NCBI GenBank assembly: GCA_000708835.1
Contig: DF237457.1
Coordinates: 1 to 64,000, forward strand
DNA from: Klebsormidium nitens
Taxonomy: Eukaryota; Plantae; Klebsormidiophyceae
Direction of reading: 5' to 3'
DNA length: 64,000 nt
The position numbers and the translations under genes are program-made. The notes under the pieces were generated by a model. That model was not told the DNA's origin and ran no database searches. It saw nothing but the letters and a program-made list of their open reading frames with translations. Below are positions 24,049 to 35,532 of the stretch, piece by piece (positions within the stretch are counted from its first letter, which is position 1; each line of letters opens with the position of its first letter).

Positions 24049-27000
24049 CTACACCCACAATCTGGTAAGAGGGTGCGGCGGTTTCTCCTCGATGGCCCAC
24101 TCTGTCACAAGAGGCCAGCCTCGGAGCTCTGCAATCTGGCGCAGCCGCTTGTCCGGCAGCACCGCGTGGGGATGCCCAACCTGCACCGTGAAAGCGGGGA
24201 CGTTGGGCGCGCACACTCTTCCATCTTCATTAAAGCGACGACTGTCTGACAGATACTTTCCGAAAGAAGTTGGCGTCCGCCCTTTTGCACTTGAGCATGA
24301 CGCAACGGTGCCCTAACGTTATCCTGGGATCCTGCTCCTTCGAAGATTTGCTGTTTCTCGTGAAAGCAGTTTGCCTGCTCGATTTCTTTCGAATAGATTT
24401 AGACTTGTGCTCACACTCAAGATCCAGTGAGCGCCCAAGCTTGCACAGCCGACTGTGTGATCGCTTGCCTCTGACTTCCCTTCTCAGCCGTTCAAATCAA
24501 CAGGTTGGACAACTTTCCGTGTGAGCAGATTCGTCCAGAACTGACCGCCCGAAAAGGAGATGGCTGATGCAAGGACTGGGGGGATATAAGAAACCACGAA
24601 CGCAGCCACAGCTAGTCAAGCGTTCTTTTCTTACAGAGTAAAGAACGGCGACCATCAAGCCGAAGGCCGGACTAAGCGCAGTCCCAGTCAATTAACATCT
24701 TCGAAAACCTCTCGAACGCTCAGGATTGATTGACATGTCCAAATGAGATACTTGCACCACGCACACGCCTGAAGGATATCAAAAAGTCGAACTCGAGCTG
24801 TTGTCGTGCTGGTAAAGCTTGCCAGCGCCGACAGAGCCGACCAATCTGGAAGCCCGGGACCTATCTTTTACCGCTTACACCTTCCAGCATGCCCAAGATG
24901 CAAAGCGCCAACAATCCGAGAATGTGAGACAGCGGCGCGTTCGCAGCTGACTCTCGGCTCACTGAGAGTGGGCATTCTCAGACCGGCGAAGCACAGCACC
25001 AGTCACAAGAAACATCCCGAAGGGAATCGACACCAAAATCTAGCAGCTCACGCTTTCCAGCATGCCCAGGTCCGCGATGCTGTCCCCGTAGGCGTGGCTC
25101 CTCCGGAGGTCGATCCCGTGCTGCACGGCATACTCCTTCACAATCACTGCCTTGTCATCTCCGTTGAACGCGGCGCCCGCCATCTCGCCCGTGAACCTGG
25201 GGCAAGAAGTGATGACGTCAGCGACCGAGCTCGCTCGTTTTTTAAGTGGTGTTCTTGGACTCAACCCTGAGATTCGATTCAGCTGCATAGTATGTTGCTG
25301 ACAGGGCTGAGGACGTCAGCGAGCCATCTTGCTCGGCCTTATTGCCGAGCAGAAGGACGTCAAAGTGACAGCGTAATGCAGCTGCACGCCGTTTTGAGTG
25401 GCACGTGGCCACCGATCGGATGGGCGATCAGTGCAGCGGTTGCTATCGACTTTACAAGACATCGAGGACCGAATGGCAGCGGAGTAGACGAACCTGAAAT
25501 GCATTATCCGCTCGGAAGTAGCAGTGGACGTTCGGACGTGCGAAGGTCAGGTGAAAGGCCCATGAAACGTAAGATCGGAAGAGGCCGATTGTGTGATCGG
25601 ATGACCAGATGCAATCTGGCAGAACCATCAAAACGGCTTGCATCTAAGCTTCTGTAAACACAGCCTCCAAGCGGCGAGCCACCGAGAAGTCCCTTACATT
25701 GAAAGGAGGAGCTGCATTGGTGCGTAAAAGTCGGACCGGATGTGCTTCTCACCTGCCGTCCCTCTCGACCAGGTCTGCCGCAATGACGTCATCTGCAAAG
25801 TCGATCAACAGGGATACGATCGGCTATGCCGAGATTTCTTCTCAGAGTCTCTCTCCTAATGCAGTGTTGATTGATATCTAAGAAGTCCAATGGCGTTGCA
25901 GCCAGGGTTGGAAAAGCGGTTCGCAGCATTCCTCATAGAGTTGAAAGTGAAATAATCTGTCCTTGTTCATCACCATTTCACCTCTGCTCAGTGACCGACT
26001 TGTAGCTTTGCCTGGGTTGCTTACTTTCTGCCTTCCTGTCTCTAACGTTTATCAATCTGGTTTTTTGAGTGTTCCTACGGGCTTAGTTTTCATGTCCCAT
26101 GTGCGGTTTACGACTTTAAGTGGGCCGAAAGACTTGACGGACTTTGCTCAGCAATGACGATAAGACCAGATTCTCGATGATCACGGTTTTCAATTGGATA
26201 TCAGGTTCTCCCAACGGACTCATTGCCAATGAAAAGCACGCCCTATGCCCAGTTGAAGCAACGTAGCTTCGGGACTTGCCTGCGTCGATCTCTGCCGCGA
26301 GCGGCGCAATCATGAAACTGAGCGAGCCCGTGACCAGCACCACCCGGAAGCCTGCCGCTTTCAGGTCGCGGATGCGCTGGATTGCGCCCTGGAACACTCT
26401 GCACCCAAAGTAGGAAGAGTTTGAGAAAATCATAAAAATAAAAGTAGGGCACCGGAACACAAACATGAAGACATGGGCCTGAAACCTTCCGGCTTTACTC
26501 TCCTCAACCACATCTCAGGGACAAAACTCTGACTACCATCATTTCTACCGAAACGAGAGGGAACTCTGCTACTTCTGTGGAAGAATACCCCAGAGCTTTT
26601 TTGCGAGTAGGAGGACCCTATATGAACTGGGCCATGCTCCAATAGTAGCAGACAAAGTAGACGAGGGGACCAAACTACACCATCCTCACCCTCTGAAACT
26701 CTGATTGTTCGCCCAATAGTTTCAATGTCCACTTCAAAAGGGGTCCGTTATTTTCCTCAGGATCTCAATTGGTGCACAAATAGCAGTTTATCAACTCCTC
26801 CATCAGTGGCTGTGTGAATGTCAAAGCTGAGCGGCAGAGACACGAATATCACCTTGGTCTCATGTACTCCTCGTATGCGAACTTGCCCCACTCGCACGCG
26901 GCCGCCGCGGGCCTGCCGCGATAATTGAAGTAGAAGAAGCGGCAGAGCAGTCCTCTGTCGATCTTGTCAGCCAGCCGGTACAGGACTGAGAGCGTTGTGA

Positions 27001-27469
27001 AGTACGGCACCCAAAACACGCGCGCCAGCATGGATAGTTCTCGCAGGCGCAAGTACACATAGGGCCACACGATGTTGGTTTTGGCAATCGTGCCGTCAAC
27101 ATCAAAGAAGGCGGCCTTTGCTGTGGGAGCTTCACGTCGGGGAGTTACGGAAGCCCCCTGTTCTGCCCGGATTGGTGCGCTGCGATTTGTCGCTCGCTTC
27201 TTCTGACTGGATAACCTAGTACTTAGGCGCCGGGCTAGGTGTGGTTTTTGTGAAGAGGGGAGGGAGGAGCTGCTTGAACCGGCAGGAAGCAAGGCCCGTT
27301 GATTGGTTGGCCAATGATATGCAAGCGAAGGTGAAACCTTGGATAGGGGCAACAAGCGCGGGCCAGATCTGAGGACCTTACTCTTTACTACGCCTTTGGT
27401 GAGAGTAGTTCCAATGGGGCCATGGCTGAGGCTGCCCCATGTACTGGATTGAAACGTCAGCGACTCCAT
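24049..27469 (-). CDS. HAD-superfamily hydrolase subfamily IB (SerB/PSPase-like phosphatase, TIGR01490-type) with transit-peptide-like N-terminus, ~350 aa
   Basis: Exons 27469-26853, 26398-26280, 25792-25753, 25196-25052, 24180-24049, in phase; intron 2 has a GC donor (G|GCAAGT). Motif I FFDVDGT, motif II LVTGS, motif III K (GDDK), motif IV AYGDSIAD, then VGHPHAVLPD. Confidence 0.88.
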
Positions 27470-28221
27470 TGGAGCTATTGACAAGCTAAGAATTGGAGAG
27501 TGACGTAATTGAAGGTTGGGAACTGGAAGTCAAAGGTCAGCATCAAGGGATCCCTTCAGGTCAATAGGGGCCTGCAGACGGTGAATTAGTGACGTCAGGA
27601 CCGGCGACTTCATGGTTTTCACACTTCTGGTTTAAGCAGCCCCAAAAATCTGCAGCAGCGTCCCAGAAGAGCTCACCAATGCTGCGCGCACTGAAAAGGA
27701 GAATAACTCTATTTTGCTAGCAAATGCCAAATTGTATTGACCAAGGGCTGGCTAGCTGGAGGGAACCAAGCGCATGAGCACTGCCTCGTCAATGAGTGCA
27801 AGGCCACATTGCTTGAACTGCCTCCTGCTCTTCAATTGACATTCAAAGACCATGCGTCTTTTGCAATACAAATAACAGAAGGGTCAGATTCTTTGAAGCT
27901 CACCTTGACTTCACATTGCCCCTCAGCTCCTTCCGCCCACACAATTTTGATCCACCAGAACCAGGTAGGGAGTCCCTTTCCAATAAAAGTTAAAGATGGG
28001 AGCTTACGCAAGGACCTTGGTTGCAAGGGGCCAGAGGGCAAATGGACTTTGAGCCCAAGTTTCCCTTCGCCCTGCCTCCTTGGCGAGATACTTTGCCGAG
28101 CTGCTTTCAAGGCGACCCTGGCCCCATGGTCTTTGCATGGCAATTTGACAGCTAAATCATGGTCTCCGACGTTTAAGACAAATTTGTCTGTTCATGCATG
28201 CTCGGATGCCCCAGTAGAGTC

Positions 28222-28569
28222 TGTAATTTCACTAGTTTCAACCGCAACGTAAGCATGACATCACCGGTACTCATGGTGTACGGTGCGGCGGTACGCTACC
28301 GTGTCAAAAATGGTCGGTACCGTGCAGGGTTCAACCGGGCACTAGATTGCGGGGAGACGGAGTGCTCAGGGGATGTTAGGGTTACTTGAGGGCAACCGAC
28401 TGATCTTGGTGGGGTTAGATGGGGGGTTAGGGTGGGTACGGGCGGGCTATGGCGGAACGCCTTAGGGTGTCGGCAAAACCCGGTTACTGCTCTCAGTTTG
28501 ACCTTAGGGTTTTAGGTTTGGCAGGTCTTTAACTATGATGACGTCGCAGTTGAAACTAGTGAAGTTACA
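28222..28569. mobile_element. MITE-like fold-back element (~348 bp) with ~35-bp terminal inverted repeats and internal TTAGGG/G-quadruplex-type core
   Basis: Left end tgtaatttcactagtttcaaccgcaacgtaagcat (28222-28256) matches the reverse complement of 28535-28569 with 5 mismatches. TTAGGG at 28376, 28427, 28462 and 28504; telo-box TAGGGTTT at 28505-28512; G-tract cluster at 28411-28446. No target-site duplication identified. Confidence 0.65.
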
Positions 28570-28993
28570 TACCTACGTCCAATGCCCATAGCTTAGAGGC
28601 GCGCTGACGACGGTTCTATTGACGCTCAACACGCCTGGCCCAGCTAAGCCTATTTTGCCAGGAGCGGCAATGATAACCGGCCTCCCTGCGTCCTTGCCAC
28701 ATTCTCGTATGTGAAGTAAATAGAACTATATATTGAATTGCAAAATCGAGTTTCAGATATATCATATGAGAAAACTTCAGAGAAGAGAGAAGCCCAGCAA
28801 CAGCTGCAGCCTGCCAGCAAATGCGTGTATGCATTCATAAATTTAATGCAGATTTAATGCAATGCTGGCATGCATGCCCAAAACCATGGATCAGGACAAC
28901 GCTGTGGGGTCTGCTGCTGTCGCCGGTCATCTTCGGAACATGTAGGGTATACACAAGGATCCATTGTCTTTAGAGCAATGCCATGAAGCGGCA

Positions 28994-31900
28994 ATGAGCG
29001 TGGCCCCCAACCTTTGCGCCACCGAGCTGGGCATTATGGGCCAGCCTGCGCAGGTTTGCGCGGCTCCAAACTTCAAACAAACTTTGGGTACAATGCTGTG
29101 CTGTCCGGGTTCTAGCAGATGCGAACTGGCCAACAGAGGAGAAGGTCTGCAGCTGCGGTGTGCATTGCTGCGAAAGGATCTTCACAGCAGTATTGGGAAT
29201 GCGAAGGCCCAAGCAACCGGGACATTGAATGTAGCTTGTGTCTGGCGTCTGTCAAAAGCTGTGAGCAAAAGCATGCCCACACGCCACGCCACCATCGCGC
29301 CCAGTCTCTCTGAAACAGCTGCAAACAGGCAACTACAAAGAAACAAAGTGTTCAACGGTGGTGCAGTTGTACTGGAAAAGGAGAGTGATGCGTTTGGGGT
29401 CAGCAGAAAGTGGGCGAGTCTGTTGGAAGCGGTGGAGGGGGGCACAGTCAAGAAGTTGGGGGAGCTGCAGGCATTGGATGAGAACATGTGTATCCCCAAC
29501 AACACCAGCTGGGACAAGGCAAGCACTGTTCTTCCCAAGGAACTACACCGCAGGGTTGCAGTATTTGCTCGGAATGCAGCATCTCAAATTGTTACGCACA
29601 AGCGTTTGAGAGTTGGGCAAACTTCGCTTTGAGCTACTTGATGTTTTGAGATCTTTGGACATCGAGAACAGCAAGGCCGTCTTGAAGCCCCAATCTTGTT
29701 GACTGCATCAAAAGCTGGTTGTAATCTGGGCATAACATGTTGGACTTGACGAATGTTCAGGTTTCCAACGGAAGAAGTTGTAAAGTGAGAGTGGTGGAGT
29801 CAGGGGACTCTTCTGCGTTTGAGCCTTTGCTGGACTTCTGTCATGAACGTGACCATTGCTGCCTCTCTTATTTCTTGATAATCTGCGCCGTTTTGGGTGC
29901 TTGAAACGCAGTACCTTTCACGCTTCAGGTCGGGCAGGAGTGGGCGGATGCGATCAAAGCAACGCTTGGAGTATATCAGAGCTCGTTTGGCGACCGCTTG
30001 GTCTCTGTGTATGTCCGTGGGTCGGTGCCGAGGGGCCTCGCAGTGGCCGGAATATCGGACCTCGACATGCTTGGTGAGCTTGGTTTTGAGTCAAGCAGCA
30101 AGACTCTGGACTTTTCAGGTCCGACATGCATCTGATGAGATATAGAGGACTTCATGTCTACAGGCGAAGAAAGTCTCTGCTCTCGTCTTATCAAGATTGA
30201 CCAGTGAGCACACTTTGGTATTGGAGAGCGATTGACCAACTTTCGAACCTTTTGAATGTGTTCGAAGGTCTGTCCTTGAAGGAGTGTGACCATGCAACGT
30301 TTTCCTCAGTGGCCCGTTCAAGAATGTCAAAGCTTTATACTCGATAAGATAAAAATCCCCCTCTGAATTCTTCGTTGCTCTCCATTGCAGCTTACGTCTT
30401 TCAAGACAATCTGAATTCCCTGCCTAGGCCTCATACCACTTCAGCCCCTGAAAACAAACGATGGCGGGAGCTAGAGCGCCACAAGTCAGAGGCAGTCCAC
30501 CGGTTCCCGTTCCTGACAGGGATCGAGATGCGGGTGGCTGTGCTAGATCCTTCATCACAAGAGGGCCTCACAATAGCAAACGCTCTATACCGTCAAAAGC
30601 CCGAGTCCATCTTCCTCCAGAACCCCGAAAGACAAACTCATCAGCAACCCACGTTAAACGCGGTTTCCCCTTCAGAACGAGCAGAGGAACTTTGTCCAAG
30701 TTATTCAGAAGCCCTACTGCCCCTCGACTTTCCCTTCGCTTTTCTGGTCAAAGCCCAGGGTCTCAAGGTGTGGGGTTTGGACGTCCAAAGCCTGCTTCCA
30801 CCAGAGGCAGCGCGTCCGACGTCTCGGGCCCGTCCGACGCTCCGCGACTCGGTCAAACGGGCGATAAGCTATGGGCAATCGCACGTGGAGGAAGGGGACT
30901 GGGAGGCGGCGGGGGCTGTGTATAAGTGGGCGCTTAAGAGGTGCATCCGGGCGGGCTTTGAGAGCACGATGGAAGAACTCGGGTGGAGGGTAAGCCTGCT
31001 TCCTCAGTCTGCTTCCCAGCTTCTGATCTTGAGAACCTCTCGCCAGCTTACTTTCCCCACTTCTCATATGCTCCTTGTGTGATTTCTGTCTTGCTCGTTA
31101 TACTGGTTGTGATGCTCAGTGCCTCCAGACCATGAGTCATTTATGACGTGAAATGTTAGACTTGCTTCTCTTTCGCTGCAGGTTTACACCCGCGACCTCT
31201 ATTGGTGCTGCCACGTGGCAGCCCAGCACCGTCCCGCGCTCGAACCCGTTCTCGTCCAAGCCCTGTTGCTGTGTCTCGCTGACACCACATCGGTGGCGGG
31301 TTCGAGGAACACGGTAGAAAATTGCTTGCAGGTCCTAGGTAGCGCTTTTAGTCCGGCCATACCTACACGAACCGCTCAGAAAGGCATTGCGAATGTCAGT
31401 CATTTAGATAGAAGGCGCGCTTCGCCTAGCACAGCCACGTTTGTAAAGACCCCACCTCAAGTTCACGGCGTAGAACAACAAAACACCACATCTCAGGCGG
31501 AGACGGCCGAGAATAGCAGGTGGCCAGAAGCAAAGTGGCGCCTCATTTTGGGCTTACTCGGAAGGAGAAGAGACCTCGAGACGGGTTGCGTGGCTGCGCC
31601 TCTGCCCGCTTTCAAGGGCGCCATTGTGCGGCCGGTTGCTGAGTTTGAGTGGCGGGATGAACGAGCCCGGGAGGCCGCAGTCAGGGAGCTGCAGCTGATC
31701 CTGAGCGGGTCGCGAGAGGCTCGGCCTGTGATTCTCCGTGGTGAGAATGCCTTTCTAACGCCGGTATAACAGTGGGTTAACATAGTTCGTTACTCTTTCT
31801 CGGCAGGATCATTTACCACGACGCATAGAAGTTTCCTTCTGTCCTCTACTCTAGCATTCGCGCCCGATTCGTCGTATGTTAATGCACGTTTCGGTCCGTA

Positions 31901-34900
31901 CTTGATTTGCAGCTTCCATTTCAGTCGACGATTCCTACTGACGGTCGTTCAAGACGTTTGCCCTCCGTCGTGTCTCTGTCACTTTCACCGAGGCTGCCAA
32001 TTGTTCTGGGGCTTTTAAACTTGGAGCGGATTCCCCACCAGGAAGGTTTCGGTGGTCTGATCTGATTCCTCATCAATGTCAAGGCTTGTTTGGAGATATT
32101 CAAGGAGCAAGCGAGCCTTTTGCTTGTGTGCAGGTGCCGGTGCTGGTCACCCTGCCGTCGGGAAGTGGACGCTCGACTCCCTGGCGGCAGACGGCGGGCT
32201 CTCGGGACTTGTCCGGGTGTCTCCCGACTTCAACGTATGGCACGCCCTTCTTTGTTTCCACTTTCGACCCGCCAACTTTTTGTTTGCTTCAGCCGCTTCA
32301 CACAGCTTTTACGTTAATGTTGAAGCGCTCTGAGCACGGCAATCGGTACGCAGATCGGTTGACGACTTACACTGTGCTCGCGCTGACGTGTCCCCGTTCT
32401 TTCAGCAGTGAGACAAGGCGTGGAACTGTATCTGACGCGCCGCTCTTTTTCGTGCAAAAGAGCGCTTTGCTAGTATCAGAGGGCGCTTGTCAGACTCTCC
32501 TTGGGTCCAAGCACCACTCTCTTTCCAATTGTTAAGCACAGAACTCAGCAGGACCCTACGCACAATCCTGGCTGTGCGCGGTCTAGTGAATGTGAGGAGA
32601 GTCAATTTGACCTTGCGCCAATCTCTCAACCGATTTCACAGCCTCTTTGTGGATCTGCCACACTTTGCACGCTGACGAAGAACCGTCGAACGTTCAAGCT
32701 GAACCAACGCGGACACTCATACGCCTACTTCTCCATTGCTCAGAGCTCTCGCCCTCGGTTCGCGTCTTCGTCTTGCTGCAAACGGCTGCTGTCTTATTAA
32801 GACTCTGGATCCTTACACGATGTCCCTTGTGCGCAGTTCGTGTACTGCGAGGAGAGCCATCCAGACGTCCGCAGCGGCCGCGTGTCCGCGCCTAGCCGCA
32901 CCGTCCGCATGTCCGTGCACGAGTTTGCGGTGCGCAGCCAGGCGCGACTGCCGCCATGGGTAGGGCCGCTGCGTGGAGGAGACTACTTCTGGCGGGCGGA
33001 ACGGTGAGGACTGCGGAGCAGACAAAGCTCTCAAGTGATCGAAGGGACAACTGTATCAGGTGCGAGGTTCGTTGGCTGGTTTTCTAAGGGTCATTGAGAA
33101 CTCTCCCGCTCTTGAAAGGAGTCAGATTGATCGGTCCTCGAACGACCGTCTTGCTAACTTCCGGCATCGAAGGGCCTCCGACAAGAAGAGCGGCTCGCAT
33201 TTGTTTTAGATTATCAGGACTGGAGAGTGGATCCAGAATATCTTTCTTGTTTTCTGCTAACGTCCTCGCTGCTTGTGTGCAGGTACTACCTGCAAGCGTC
33301 TCTGCCGCCCGCGCTGCTGCAGGACCTCCGAGCAGCCCTGCCGCCCTTCGTGGTAGCACGCGGGCAGGCGACTGTGAACAGCGCACGCGTAGATCACAGC
33401 CTTACGCATGACTTCCACCCTAGAATTAGTCGTAGCACTGTCGAAACGCAGGGCGATAGCGAGAAGCGGCGGACCCTGCCGGCAAGCGTAGGACAGACTG
33501 AGAGTTCAGCGGCAGGGGACGACAGCAGAAACAGACGTCAGCACAGCGGTGATGACGTCAGCAATCAAATTGACACCGGGCGTAGCAGCACGCAGCGTGG
33601 ACGAAGCGGATCAGAAGCGAGCGTTGTCGGTCCCAGCCCGACTTCTTCGAGTGACGTCAGCGGAGTCGCTCGAGGAGGCGTCAGCAAGCGACTCGTGGAT
33701 GACGTCAGCGGGCGACGGGGGTGGGAGGTGTCGCAGGAGCCGCGGCTGTGGATGTCGCCACGTGGCGCCGTGTCGCCACTCCACTTCGACGCGTCGCCGT
33801 CCTGCCTGCTGCAGGTGAGCGCGCGCAGACCCTCAGCCCGTCATAGACAATTACAAGGTTTTGCGAAAGCTTTATTTGTCTGCACGAATGCCGGCTTTGA
33901 TTGATCCTTTTGCTTGGTAGTGGTGAGATGTTCTGCACGGGCCTTGGTAAGCGGCGCTGCAAATTCGGCATTTGTTCGATACCAGAAGCCGGCCAAAAGT
34001 GGTAGTGTGCTGAGTGCACATTCTTGTTCGGTGAAGGAACTTTAAAACGTTCTTGGCCTGCGCAAAGGCGTCTCTTCACGACTTTTTCGACAAGTATGAG
34101 CTCAGCAACTAGCACCAGATCAACAAACATCAGGTGTCCGTCATTCCGACGTATGTCTTCCAGCCTCGTTGACTCCGTCCGTACGAAGCTCTCAGCCACC
34201 TTGTGGCAGCGCTTCTCAGCAATAGCAAGCTTTTGCCAAAAGTTCCGTGGTTCCAGTTGGAGGTTTGATCTTGGCTTAGTCTTGGCTTATTCTTGATTTA
34301 ATCTCTGTCCCGGTAACCTAAACCGCAGGTGCGCGGCCGCAAGCGGATGCTGCTATACGACTCGCGCGACCTGCCGGCCCTGTACCCCTACCCAGACGAC
34401 CACCCACTGAGGAGGCGGGCACAAGTAAGCCTTGCTTTTAATCAAGTAGTCCTTTTCTGGACCTCTGCGTTTCTAGGTTTGAGCGGATATGAAGACGTCC
34501 AAAATGTATCCAAACGGACTGAAGTGAATGAGAGGTCAATGTAAAGCTCATACGACAACGACAGGGCCAGGGTAACGCTGGTTTACAGAGGGTGTCTGGA
34601 ATGATTTCTGAAGTCGCTCAAGGCTTCTTGCCCGGCTCGCCGTTAGATCCTGCTGCGTCCTCAAGCTGCAAAATCCTACTTGATCGCGTGGAGGATTTGG
34701 GAGCGAGGGGTGCCTGCGTCGCATCAGCAAGACATTGACTGACCTTTGATGACCCATCTGTCCGGTGTCAAAACAAGTCAAGGAAAAGCTCCATCGTTCT
34801 GCATTCAGCGCAATGCTAAAACTGTGTGCCAGAGCCGGTTTCGAACTCTGAGCATGTAACGCAGGTCGACGCCCCGCGTGATTGGCCGCGCTCGAAGGAA

Positions 34901-35532
34901 CGGCCCCGTAACAGTTTTCAGTACAGGGATCTTTGATCAACCAAGGGCGTGGACACCGTCAATGGAAGCAGCACTGGCACTGCTGATCGCCCCACTCTAC
35001 GTGCAGGTCGACCCCACGGCTCCCGCCTTGTCTGCCTTCCCTGCGTTTGCGGAAGTTGCCGCGCTCGAAGCGGCACTTTGCCCGGGTGACGTCATCTTCT
35101 TCCCAGTAGGTCAATCTTTCTTGATGAAGATGTGCTGAGCATACCTAGCCTGTTGTTTGGAACACCTTTGTCATGCTTCGAGACGTAGTCGCTTCTCAAG
35201 TGTGTTGACAAGTGATCGAAATCTCAAGTACTCGTAAACAGGTTTTGCAACCCGTCCAGCGTCCACAATCTCTTCTTTTAGTCTACCACTTCGTCCCTTT
35301 CCTGCGTGGTCCTCTTCAAGAGCACGAGCGACAAATGTTGCGCCACCATGGGCCGGAGGGCAGACTTGACCATATTTAGGAAGAGAATGCGATTGTATCT
35401 TACGGGTTCCGTCTGAGGGCACAGGAGTGATAGAAGCGTTTTCCACCGGCGCTGCAGAGGCGGTGGGCGCACTACACGGAGAGCCAAGACTTCTCTATGT
35501 CCGTGAGCTGCCGGTTCTTCGAGGCGCACTGA
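28994..35532 (+). CDS. Fusion protein: Pol-beta-superfamily nucleotidyltransferase (bacterial type, with helical domain) plus JmjC/cupin-8 2OG-Fe(II) dioxygenase, ~965 aa; start codon uncertain
   Basis: Exons 28994-29518 (GC donor AAG|GCAAGC), 29929-30073, 30391-30989, 31182-31740, 32134-32234, 32837-33003, 33283-33814, 34329-34424, 35007-35105, 35458-35532; frame continuous throughout. NTase motif YVRGSVPRGLAVAGISDLDML, then GIEMRV and KWALKRCIRAGF..VYTRDLY. JmjC motifs RPVILRG..HPAVGKWT, RLWMSPRGAVSPLHFD, QVRGRKR, LCPGDVIFFPRRWAHYTES. Confidence 0.85.

Noticed and set aside
27737-28252. 171-aa ORF in the HAD/NTase-JmjC spacer
   Set aside because: TTG start, no homology cues or codon bias, and it runs into the MITE inverted repeat. 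Probably non-coding.
28222-28569. Solo-LTR interpretation of the TG...CA-bounded element
   Set aside because: The 5-bp flanks differ (gagtc vs tacct) and the inverted repeat is much longer than LTR termini.
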